64,000 nt of DNA from a virus, in the IMG/VR virus record IMGVR_UViG_3300028840_003168. One strand, given 5' to 3'. Under the pieces are notes generated by a model. That model did no database searches. It was not told where the DNA came from and saw nothing but the letters and a program-made list of their open reading frames with translations. Numbering within the stretch: position 1 is the first letter of the stretch; the number at the start of each line of letters is the position of its first letter. The position numbers were made by a program, and so were the translations under genes. Below are positions 20,401-28,541 of the stretch, in pieces.

Positions 20401-22108
20401 TTCCTTTCGACGAAATGCTGGCCTATATGAAGACATTATGGATGCCGGTATTGAGACCGACAACCATGAGTCGGACCTCTATTTTCCTGTAACTCCTGAA
20501 TCAACTGAAATCCTGAAGAAGTACCCAATGAATGAAAAAAACTCTCAGACGTTCATAGATAATATCAGTGGTGATGAATGGTATGATGTTCCCTTTGCGT
20601 TTCCAGGAGTTAGGGGTAATAGAAAACGCCAAGCAGGCCCCAAACTCCGCGAGAAGTGGAATGACGGTGGTGATTACTCCAGGGATCTGGAAGCCGAGTC
20701 TGCCGAGGAGCTCTACAACCTGACCATGGCCTTTGGCGGTGAAGAGGTTGACTGGCCCGATACTACGGCTCAACCTGCCATGCCCGAGCAGGCACCTCCT
20801 GCTGAGGCACCTCCGGTCGGTGGCGTTGCCGCCGAAGAGGATATGTCCGAGGTAATGGCCAGCAGCAAGCTTGCCGAGTTCTCAGACATTGAGGCCGTGG
20901 ACGATGAGGCCAAGAGCTACTACGAGAGTTACTTTGGCGAGTACGGCAAACAACTGGTCAAGGACGATCCTCCTGGAAAGAAAGACAAGAAGGCCCCCAA
21001 GGACGGCAAACCTGAACTGGGCAAGCCAGAGAATAAGAAGGATAAGAAAAAGTCGAGGCTGGTTCGTCATAGGAAACCTGCTCGTCGGCACCCTCGTCGG
21101 AGGGCTCAGGACAAGAAGAACGGGCCTCGTTTTTTCGAGGAAGAAGAGGATCTATACCGCTGCCCCAATTGTGGGCAGGAGGAATGGACTACGGAGAGTT
21201 TTTTGGACAAGGGTCCGAAATTTGAAAAGTGTCCTAATTGCAGTGAGGGGATGGAGAGAGTAACCAGGGGACGGAGAACCCCTCGTCGGAGAGGCCAAGC
21301 CGCCCCCGCGGCACCGGCCCCCAAACAACCCGCAGCTCCTGCGGCACCCGCTGCACCAGCAGCGCCTGCGGCGGCACCTGCCGCCCCCGCGCCAGCACCT
21401 GCACAACCTGCTGACCCCGGTGCAGGAACGCCCCCCACGGGCAAGCCAGCAGCTCCTGGTGAGAAACTGGCACCCGGAGCAGGCGATGCCGGTATCCAGG
21501 CACTCGGATGGACTCCTGAGGACATCCAGACGATGACCGATGAGCAGAAGCAGGGCCTCCTGCAACTCAAGCTCATGAAACCCGGCGCACAGATACCTCA
21601 ACCTCCGGGAACACAACCTCCTGGGAAGCCCGAAGGTAAGCCTGGGGTACCGCCGAAAGCACCCGCGGGGCCTGCGGGTCCAGCAGGACCTCCCGGACCT
21701 GGAGAAGCGGCTCCTGGCGCACAGCCAGCGCAACCTGCACCGCAGGAGAAAGTTCAACCTGTAGTGGGTGCGATCAGCAAGATGCTGGCCCAGGTGGACC
21801 CCACGGCGGCTCCCGTGGACCCTACCATGGCCGGGGCACCCGCAGAGGCAGCCCCGGCACCCGCAGAGGCAGCCCCGGCACCCGCAGTAGGCGGTGAGCC
21901 GATTCTCTCTCCTGAGGAACAAGCATTTGCTATCCTTAGGGAGGTTCAATCGCAGGACATGAGCGCCATCGATCCGAAGCAATTGGTATCCGCTAAGAGC
22001 CAGGAGCTGATCAGGCGGCTTCAGACTGAAATAGGTATGACCGTTCAAGAGGCCGAGAAACTGTTCGGCGTATCAAAGAGCAAGGGCTTCGCAAGCCTGT
22101 TTTCATAG
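17435..22108 (+). CDS. Acidic modular polyprotein 1 (putative processed virion internal/ejection protein)
   Basis: About 11 Arg-rich linkers (DARRRQA, EARRKPARRRPARRRAQ, FRRKGQ, VRKRGQ, EARRRRRSQ, FRRNAG, RKRQAG, PRRRAQ, PRRRGQ) between acidic modules; Pro/Ala-rich C-terminus; ATG 17435 after AAGGAAG. Confidence 0.8.
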   Translation: MPKNKSMRNGRFTPSSVVNRILDGKTVTANGWSIGIDNNDKVVTWPPRGDGFMTTMANIDKAAKDFCKQAEMPMPKPYTEPGDAVSVPKSPGPDSDSKNISTPKNYADGSESSISVPKSPGKDTETDHFTSPAVNEGVAPKGPMTDTSLGSDSDSSESGMGKDIKQTPDGVKDARRRQAAFMEPMVWESDFYAIDGGMGTTFVEVDVVGDIPVTDLEAFGDYYEGGFEGIEEVEKVHGWGSQMSAPGYMDQTDLSVYDTKEEAIEALFEYYMTDMGELDEQYEEYRDEYEKYYLKGEKEARRKPARRRPARRRAQGDDWSDEQHQVWDAVEHALEQLNAAEYDRQRGKGKKPLKQFHPSPEGEFLEDLRQQYMRGEVDAETVMATLANPELWEARFGAAQKRAKIIDTFSQEPDGKEIYANLTMARPSEALLKDIADPDKWLATQTIRAMEEDVEAGCGGGPGKKRKKEEAEAEMEAGCGPPEKKSFRRKGQSDDYDVYLKDEIQGEWLSGDKDKALEMLAGADDWMTLFNAIHQGLKFATPQEGTDWHSAVRQYMESIGRDMTARRRPRRSVRKRGQDEENGEYPIDLYLVVSDITEYISGQPEGINVTGAYEVHLVDAAEQTHLAEMTPSYYGRFVGLQATVDDYGALSEEQAEALNDYEIELSNYTESGDYFREADIKSGVPYDKATVSGKEERDEYIEDTVEYLQGNTADWENAIDEVARKKTSKTRRSYEEPGADRNLDVPDEFIAMEPPKTPKDKEARRRRRSQDEGGVYTFDQLDEKAKEKALYWFLEDADVFEWEAEYVIDDAKENAPAGFQIDEIFYSGFSSQGDGASWTGWVDLAEWAKATNQDEGIIRLVESEEIESSAKVTQDGRYSHENTMDVEVVIDRYEADEASGMSGDEIEANADQLQEAVLDAVKDYAREIYSRLEQGYDHVYSEENLSYLAEANEWVFNKDGTFAWDKSYDDLITHPDQMKLPGVKGKRRRSFRRNAGLYEDIMDAGIETDNHESDLYFPVTPESTEILKKYPMNEKNSQTFIDNISGDEWYDVPFAFPGVRGNRKRQAGPKLREKWNDGGDYSRDLEAESAEELYNLTMAFGGEEVDWPDTTAQPAMPEQAPPAEAPPVGGVAAEEDMSEVMASSKLAEFSDIEAVDDEAKSYYESYFGEYGKQLVKDDPPGKKDKKAPKDGKPELGKPENKKDKKKSRLVRHRKPARRHPRRRAQDKKNGPRFFEEEEDLYRCPNCGQEEWTTESFLDKGPKFEKCPNCSEGMERVTRGRRTPRRRGQAAPAAPAPKQPAAPAAPAAPAAPAAAPAAPAPAPAQPADPGAGTPPTGKPAAPGEKLAPGAGDAGIQALGWTPEDIQTMTDEQKQGLLQLKLMKPGAQIPQPPGTQPPGKPEGKPGVPPKAPAGPAGPAGPPGPGEAAPGAQPAQPAPQEKVQPVVGAISKMLAQVDPTAAPVDPTMAGAPAEAAPAPAEAAPAPAVGGEPILSPEEQAFAILREVQSQDMSAIDPKQLVSAKSQELIRRLQTEIGMTVQEAEKLFGVSKSKGFASLFS
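21835..21887 (+). repeat. 21-bp tandem repeat x2.5 (GGCACCCGCAGAGGCAGCCCC; APAEAAP)
   Basis: Perfect tandem copies visible. Confidence 0.9.
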
Positions 22109-22123
22109 ACGAGGAGAATTTCT

Positions 22124-22564
22124 ATGTCAGAAAAATATGTAGCGTATAACCTAACAAAAGGTATCGTGAGCTTCGGGCTGGCGGTAGCCGTGGCACCAGA
22201 GGAGCTTGAAGGTCTTCCCTCGCACCGCAGGCGCAGAACTCTCAAGAGCAACATCATTCAGATCGTGATCCCTTACGGAGAATCGATGGATTTGGTGGAG
22301 AAGACTGGGTTGTCGGCAGACCAGATAAAATCATCTGCCGAGCTGATAAAGCTCATTTCTCGGAATGCTGTTCGGGTTGAGGTCAGCAATGTGAAAGAAG
22401 ATCCGAAGCCCGAGGAAGCTCCCAGGCCGCAGACCAGGACTCTCGATGAGCCGGTGGATGAGAAGGTCCAGGAGGACGCCCCTGAAGAGGAGGCTGATTC
22501 TGAGGGCAAGAAGGCTTCCAAGAAGTCGGACAAGAAGTCCAAGAAGTCTAAAAAGAAGGGTTAA
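22124..22564 (+). CDS. Hypothetical protein with Lys-rich C-terminus
   Basis: SD GAGGAG; ends KKASKKSDKKSKKSKKKG. Confidence 0.7.
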   Translation: MSEKYVAYNLTKGIVSFGLAVAVAPEELEGLPSHRRRRTLKSNIIQIVIPYGESMDLVEKTGLSADQIKSSAELIKLISRNAVRVEVSNVKEDPKPEEAPRPQTRTLDEPVDEKVQEDAPEEEADSEGKKASKKSDKKSKKSKKKG

Positions 22565-22570
22565 GCCGCG

Positions 22571-23134
22571 GTGCTAGTAAAATCCCATAGCCTCAGGTTC
22601 TTGGAGGACTATGGGATAGTACGCGGTAAGACTGTTCACCTGTACGAAAATGGCGACGTGACTGTAAAGCAGTGTTCGCCGGTTTCACCCGTTCTACGGG
22701 TCAATGCTTTGTGGCTGAATAGGGACTTGAAAGTGAAGTGTGACGTGGCAGACACCCCGGCGAAAAAGAGACTCGGACTTCAGGATCATTCCGAGCTTTC
22801 AGAGAGCCGTGGTATGTACTTCCCGTATGTGAAGTACTCCAACGTGACCTTCCACCAAGGGTCCGTACCTTTCAGCTTAGACCTTCTTTTTTTAAGAGAT
22901 AATGTGGTGGTGGATGTTGAGGAGCTCACCAAGGTTGGTTCAAGCGACCGGTGGAGCTGCTCGGGGTGTGATGGGGTACTTGAAGTCAATGGTGGCTGGT
23001 GCGCCGACAAACAGGTGTGCCTGGGGGATAAGATAGCGTTGTTCGCGCTTACCCAGCGTGACCTCGATGAGCTGGAAGCTGAACGTAAGGCTGACAGTTT
23101 TTTGTCGATGGTTGCTGATAGGATAGTGGTGTAG
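22571..23134 (+). CDS. DUF192 family protein
   Basis: VADTPAKKRLGL...GMYF...F....VPFSLDLLFL...VLEVNGG. Confidence 0.8.
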   Translation: MLVKSHSLRFLEDYGIVRGKTVHLYENGDVTVKQCSPVSPVLRVNALWLNRDLKVKCDVADTPAKKRLGLQDHSELSESRGMYFPYVKYSNVTFHQGSVPFSLDLLFLRDNVVVDVEELTKVGSSDRWSCSGCDGVLEVNGGWCADKQVCLGDKIALFALTQRDLDELEAERKADSFLSMVADRIVV

Positions 23135-23156
23135 GTTCAAAAAGGAAGATATTGAG

Positions 23157-26100
23157 ATGAACATCAACGAACTGAGAAATAAGGGTCACGTCAAGAACAG
23201 CCCGATCATTAAAGGTCTCAAGCGGCAGCAGCGTCTGGTGCAGGCTAATTTGAATCGTCATGCCCAGCAGCATTCCTTGACGGATATGTTCTCTGCTTTG
23301 AAACCCGGTGCTCGGGAGGATGACCGGCAGCTTCATTCACTGGTAAAGACCGCTGTGAGTGAGACGAACGATCTGCTCAACCAGTTCTACTTTCCTGTGG
23401 CGCCTCAACTGGCCTTCACCAAGGTTAAGAATGTCAAGTACGCCAAGCACGATGACTCCGAGGTGGTGTCCGGTTGCATCATGCTCAATTGCAAGATCGC
23501 TTCGTTGAGTGGTGTGGACGTGGACGCGGACATCCCGGTTCATGTTGAGCGTGGAGAGCTTGTACTGCCTTCAGTGCTGTACCAGGATGGTCGGGAGCAT
23601 GTGATTGCTCAGTCCACTATCGACATGATTACCCAGCGTCATACCTCGTATGCGCTGCCCGAGCTGCGCCAGCAGGGGGAACCTCCCTATGACCTGGAGG
23701 AAGCCAAGATGGCCACCGAGTCCAGGAACGCCATCGGGTACCAGCCCAGGAAACCGATATACCTGGACGAGGTAACACAGAATAACGATTTCAGGGACAA
23801 ACGACCCAGGATCGCCGCCAAAGGCGCTCCACTCGGATTCAAGATAGTCAAGGAGGAGATGGACAAGGCCGAGGCGGATGGTCTCGATACCTTCCCCAGA
23901 CCTATCGACTACATCCTGGCCACCTATGTCAGGCCGATCATGGGTGAGGTGTACATGAGCGCATGGGCGCCGGCCCTCACCAACGGCGGGTACGCGATCA
24001 ACCCCTACGGAGAGAACCGCGGCAGGCCTAAGACGGGGAGTCGTCGGAAAGTTGCGGGTCTGGGAGACAAATTCATCGACAATTTCGGTGACGTTAATTG
24101 GTTGGAGCATGGCGGCAAGCTGCTTTTTGAAGGGGAGTCCGGCCCTTACGTGGTAGTGGTTGATACCTGGCGATTGGATGACGGTCAAGCCGAAGGTGAG
24201 TCCGATCCTGATATGATTTGGGATGTCTATCGTGTGGATATTGAGGACGGTTTCAAGGAAGACGAGAACGGCGATGTCATAGGATCTAATGGTTATACTG
24301 AGTGGTGGTCTAAGCGGGATGAGATGGAAGGCATCGCGTCTACGGTGGGTCAGGATGTTGAGGAGTTCATAGATGACATTACTTCGGAAGACTTGAAAGA
24401 TCGTTTTTTTGCGTATGATACGATTGCAGCTACCTGGGGATGGGAAAATCTCGAAGGAGGGCCTGCTGACCAGTACGACATAGACGACCTTGTTCGGCTC
24501 TTTGAGGGTACTGAGTTAGAGGAAACTGTAAAAGATGTTGCCGAATTTCGGGATTTGGGGCTGGCGCAGAGAGACGAAGAAGCCGAAGATGAGTTCAGTG
24601 ATTATGCCGACGAGGACGACCCGGATGAGGGTTACGATTTCAAGGAAGCCCGTCGCCGCCGAGCTGGAGAACCTTTTGGCACAGACGTAGATTTCTTTGA
24701 ACAGTGGTTTCACGGTGCGGGTTTCTATAGCTTTGGAGACATGATAGAGGGTTACTTCGATTTGAATGACGATGACCTAGTCACTGTTGCTGCTGCGACT
24801 GACGGTGGCAGCATGTCTCCCCCTTATGCCCTTTTGATAGAGCAAGGCGGCAACCCTGATGTGATGATGGACGCTGTTGTAGAGATGCTTGAAGAGAATT
24901 TGCGGCATTTCCGAAGTGATGACATCGATAAGGCTTATCAAGAAGAATTGAAAGAGCGCGGCATTAGGGACTTCGATGACTATGCTGATGACGATGACAT
25001 GGATGAGGAGCGGTGGGACATCCAGTCTGAGATAGACCAACAGTATGCGGGTGCCGAAGGTTTAGAGCTTTTCAAAATCCCACCTCAAGATCTGTTGCGT
25101 ATTATCAAAGGTCATCGGAACTCCGAAGAGTTGCTGGAGCGTATCGGGGTTGAGGGGCTGGACTATGAAAGCGCCGAAGAAGACTTCAGTGAACGAGAAG
25201 CTCGTCGGTATGAAGCGGGATATGGTTCTGAAACTGGTGATTGGGGTGAGCCTCACAAGTTGCATGGTGTAACCTATCTTGAACTCCCAGACGGACGCTG
25301 GGAGGTTCCTGGCAACCAGGGCATGCCTGCTGAATTTTTTGACAGCGAGAGTGACGCTCGGGACTACATTGCCTCGTACAAGGACAATGGCCGAGAAGCC
25401 CGTCGCCGTGCCCAGGTAGAGGTAGACGCCGAAGAAGCCGAGATGATCATCATGAACGATGAGGGCATGTACAACGAGGCCATGTTCATCGTTCGGCAAT
25501 GGAACGGCACCAACATAAAAGACATCACCGCAGACTTCATGGAGTACTTTGGAGATCTCAGCGAGACCATGGATGTGGGTGACTGGGAGGATGTTGCCCG
25601 AGAGATTATTGAGGGGATGGAAGATGACGAAGAACATCCTCCAGGGATGGAACCTGATTCCACCTGGGAGAGCAAGTGGGAGTTGATGCTCAAGGAGGGT
25701 GTGAGTGGTTCTGTGGATATTGAGGTAGAGTACGATTACATGGTGTTCGAGGACGGAATCACGCAGTACTATCCTGATGCGGATTTGGTTGAGAGTGGGG
25801 ACAACTATGATAACCAGATGCTCAAGGCAATAGAAGCCAAGTACCCGGATGCTTATGTGTCGGTGCAGCCTGGAGCGCGTGACGACATTACTGTGACCGT
25901 GAATGTCGATGAGCAAGGAGATGAGTCTGATCAGTTGGAAGATAAGAGACTTACCTGGATGCTGGCCAAAGAGAAAGAGATTCAGTCTGACGTTAGAGAC
26001 ATGATGGAAGAGGGTGTTGAGTCCTGGGACTGGCTTGTGGAAGCTGGTGAGGACGACAATGGCCGGGAGGCCCGTCGCCGCAAGGCCCAACAGGTTAGAC

Positions 26101-28538
26101 TGGATGCGGGTCAGTTCGGGTGGGACTATCTTTTGGTAAATGAAGAGACTGGTGAGGACATCCTTATCCAGACAGATTGGGACTATCCTGGCGTGGCTTC
26201 TTATTTGGGGTGGCAGCATATTTGTCCTGATGGGGAAGCCCATGGTGAGACTGACGGGACGGTTGACTGTCCAGTGTGTGGAGAATCCTCAAGTGACATG
26301 ATTGGGGAAGCAGGAGAGTTCCTGGACGATCACATTGGGGATACCTTTGAAGACCCGGGATATTTCAGCGAGTCCAGAGGGGCCAAACGGAGATGGTTTC
26401 GGCAAGGTCAATCAATGGAGTTAGAGGATCTCCCTGCGTGGCAGACTACACTCCCTGACGAGATCAAGCAGCTATGGTTTGATGGAAATAGAGAAGAAGC
26501 TCTTGACCAGTTGTTCCAGACCGATGGCGGCTATGCTATCTATCAGCAGATACAGGAGGACTGGGGTGATGCGGAGTTTGCGGCTGCTGTGAGTGACCGT
26601 CATTCAAAGAATATGGAAGACCTCAAGCGTAGCCGTAGTTCTGCTCGACGGAGGCGTCTTCGGCAAGGCTCCCGAAGGGCCAATGCCACCTCGTCGATCA
26701 TAAGCAAAATCGACAACGACCCGCGCTCGTACATCGGCGCGAAGAAGCTCATCGACCAGACTGACGACAAGCTGAAATTAGCCGAGAAACTCGAAGCCTA
26801 CTTCACCAAGAGGGATGGAATCTCCACGGACGGCGTGAACTGGGGCAAGGTCGTGGATGCAGTCCATGCAAAGTTCGGTGAGGAAGCCGTGAAGGACAAT
26901 GATGGGAAAGAAGCCCGTCGCAGACGTGCTTTTCACATTCCGATAGAGGAAGTGGAGTTTGATCTTGAGATTATGGAAGACGATGTTCCTGTTCGCGGGA
27001 ATGCCATAGTCTCTGGTGATGATGATCTTGATAAGGAAGTTGAGGATGAGATTCTTGAGCGTCTTGAGACCGGCGATTTGTGGGCCTGGTGTACCGTTAA
27101 GGTCACTGCCGAGTGGGAAGCTGAGGATGGCCGTATTTTTAGCGGCGAGGACTATTTGGGGGGTTGCTCTTACAGGGATGAGGAAGACTTCACGGAGCCT
27201 GGGGGCTACTACGACGATATGAAGGAGCAGGCCTATGCAGAGCTTCTTGCAGAGGCTTCAGGTGCAGATCCGCAACCGATGGACCCTCGCCAGCAGAAGC
27301 TTCCCGGAGTTGATGCCCGTCGCCAAGCCAAGAGCATAAAAGAAAAGCTGGAAGAGTTCCAAGGTGTGGAGATAATCTTCGAGGATACTGGAGATGAGGA
27401 TACCGAATATATTGTCAAAGCACTTCAGGACGCAGGGGTTGATGCCAGTCTGGGTGACTACACTGAAGTGGATGGTGATAGTCTTGCCAATAGTGTGTAC
27501 GCTGAAAACATCATCAAAGATATAGAAGCAATCGTTTTCGGTGATGATGACGAGGAAGAGGAACCTGAGCGTGGAGAGCGTTGGGAAGATCTGAGTGACG
27601 ATGAGAAACGCTGGTACCACGAGGAACAACGTATCATAGACAGAAACAGAGGTCTGGAATCTCGCCGCCATGCCCAGGATGATATGATTCCTCAAGTATG
27701 GGAGGGTTCTTTTTACGCTTTGGATTTTCCTTCCGGGACCGAGTTTATTGATGCCAGCTGGGTGGATGAGTCTCTTTCCGAATTGAAAAATGCTAATTTT
27801 GCTAAGGGAGGTGTCCCTGAAGATGTGCGGGAGGTCCAGGGCTGGGGTGCTCAGTTGGTTTCTCCTGATGGCGTTGAGTACACAGATTTAGAAGTGTTTG
27901 ACACCGAGGATGAAGCTCGGGCGTCTTTGAAGAGGGGAAGAGGGGCTCGTCGCCAGGCCCAGACCTACGAATGGACCAACGACATCACCCGGCAGGCCTA
28001 TGAGGTTCTGAACCGCGACAAGGCCACTGTAGCCGCCGTGGAGGAACTCATGGCTGCTCATGCCGAGGACGCCGACAACACCATCCTAGTAGGCAACCTG
28101 GCACCTCTCCTTGGAAGTGAGATGGATTTCACCGAGGGCAGCTCTCACGAGATTGTCTGGGAAGAGGTCATTGAGAACTTCCAAGGCGGCACCCCCGAGA
28201 CCATGTACGATGAGAGCTACCAGATGGCCGCTTCCCGGCAGGCCATGCCCATGGAAGAGGACTTGGAGATGGACGGACCCCCGATGGAACTCGAAGAGTT
28301 CATCGATGAGGAACCGGCCCCCAAAGAGCCGCGCAAGTGGCCCGGTACCAAAGCCCCCATGGAGAACGGTGATAAAGCGAAGTTCAATGGGCATGACGGT
28401 CCCATCCGCGGGAAGATTGTGGAGATCGATGAGGCGGGAGATACCCTCATCCTGGAGAGCAAGGGGATGCAGTACCGGGTAGTGGTGGATGACGTGGAGG
28501 CTCTCCCGAGTACGATGAACAAGATGTGGAAAGAGTAG
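23157..28538 (+). CDS. Acidic modular polyprotein 2 (putative processed virion internal/ejection protein)
   Basis: About 12 linkers (SRRKVAG, EARRRRAG, EARRYEAG, EARRRAQ, EARRRKAQ, KRRWFRQGQ, SARRRRLRQGSRRANA, EARRRRAF, DARRQAK, ESRRHAQ, GARRQAQ, ASRQAM) between D/E-rich modules. Confidence 0.8.
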   Translation: MNINELRNKGHVKNSPIIKGLKRQQRLVQANLNRHAQQHSLTDMFSALKPGAREDDRQLHSLVKTAVSETNDLLNQFYFPVAPQLAFTKVKNVKYAKHDDSEVVSGCIMLNCKIASLSGVDVDADIPVHVERGELVLPSVLYQDGREHVIAQSTIDMITQRHTSYALPELRQQGEPPYDLEEAKMATESRNAIGYQPRKPIYLDEVTQNNDFRDKRPRIAAKGAPLGFKIVKEEMDKAEADGLDTFPRPIDYILATYVRPIMGEVYMSAWAPALTNGGYAINPYGENRGRPKTGSRRKVAGLGDKFIDNFGDVNWLEHGGKLLFEGESGPYVVVVDTWRLDDGQAEGESDPDMIWDVYRVDIEDGFKEDENGDVIGSNGYTEWWSKRDEMEGIASTVGQDVEEFIDDITSEDLKDRFFAYDTIAATWGWENLEGGPADQYDIDDLVRLFEGTELEETVKDVAEFRDLGLAQRDEEAEDEFSDYADEDDPDEGYDFKEARRRRAGEPFGTDVDFFEQWFHGAGFYSFGDMIEGYFDLNDDDLVTVAAATDGGSMSPPYALLIEQGGNPDVMMDAVVEMLEENLRHFRSDDIDKAYQEELKERGIRDFDDYADDDDMDEERWDIQSEIDQQYAGAEGLELFKIPPQDLLRIIKGHRNSEELLERIGVEGLDYESAEEDFSEREARRYEAGYGSETGDWGEPHKLHGVTYLELPDGRWEVPGNQGMPAEFFDSESDARDYIASYKDNGREARRRAQVEVDAEEAEMIIMNDEGMYNEAMFIVRQWNGTNIKDITADFMEYFGDLSETMDVGDWEDVAREIIEGMEDDEEHPPGMEPDSTWESKWELMLKEGVSGSVDIEVEYDYMVFEDGITQYYPDADLVESGDNYDNQMLKAIEAKYPDAYVSVQPGARDDITVTVNVDEQGDESDQLEDKRLTWMLAKEKEIQSDVRDMMEEGVESWDWLVEAGEDDNGREARRRKAQQVRLDAGQFGWDYLLVNEETGEDILIQTDWDYPGVASYLGWQHICPDGEAHGETDGTVDCPVCGESSSDMIGEAGEFLDDHIGDTFEDPGYFSESRGAKRRWFRQGQSMELEDLPAWQTTLPDEIKQLWFDGNREEALDQLFQTDGGYAIYQQIQEDWGDAEFAAAVSDRHSKNMEDLKRSRSSARRRRLRQGSRRANATSSIISKIDNDPRSYIGAKKLIDQTDDKLKLAEKLEAYFTKRDGISTDGVNWGKVVDAVHAKFGEEAVKDNDGKEARRRRAFHIPIEEVEFDLEIMEDDVPVRGNAIVSGDDDLDKEVEDEILERLETGDLWAWCTVKVTAEWEAEDGRIFSGEDYLGGCSYRDEEDFTEPGGYYDDMKEQAYAELLAEASGADPQPMDPRQQKLPGVDARRQAKSIKEKLEEFQGVEIIFEDTGDEDTEYIVKALQDAGVDASLGDYTEVDGDSLANSVYAENIIKDIEAIVFGDDDEEEEPERGERWEDLSDDEKRWYHEEQRIIDRNRGLESRRHAQDDMIPQVWEGSFYALDFPSGTEFIDASWVDESLSELKNANFAKGGVPEDVREVQGWGAQLVSPDGVEYTDLEVFDTEDEARASLKRGRGARRQAQTYEWTNDITRQAYEVLNRDKATVAAVEELMAAHAEDADNTILVGNLAPLLGSEMDFTEGSSHEIVWEEVIENFQGGTPETMYDESYQMAASRQAMPMEEDLEMDGPPMELEEFIDEEPAPKEPRKWPGTKAPMENGDKAKFNGHDGPIRGKIVEIDEAGDTLILESKGMQYRVVVDDVEALPSTMNKMWKE

Positions 28539-28541
28539 ACC

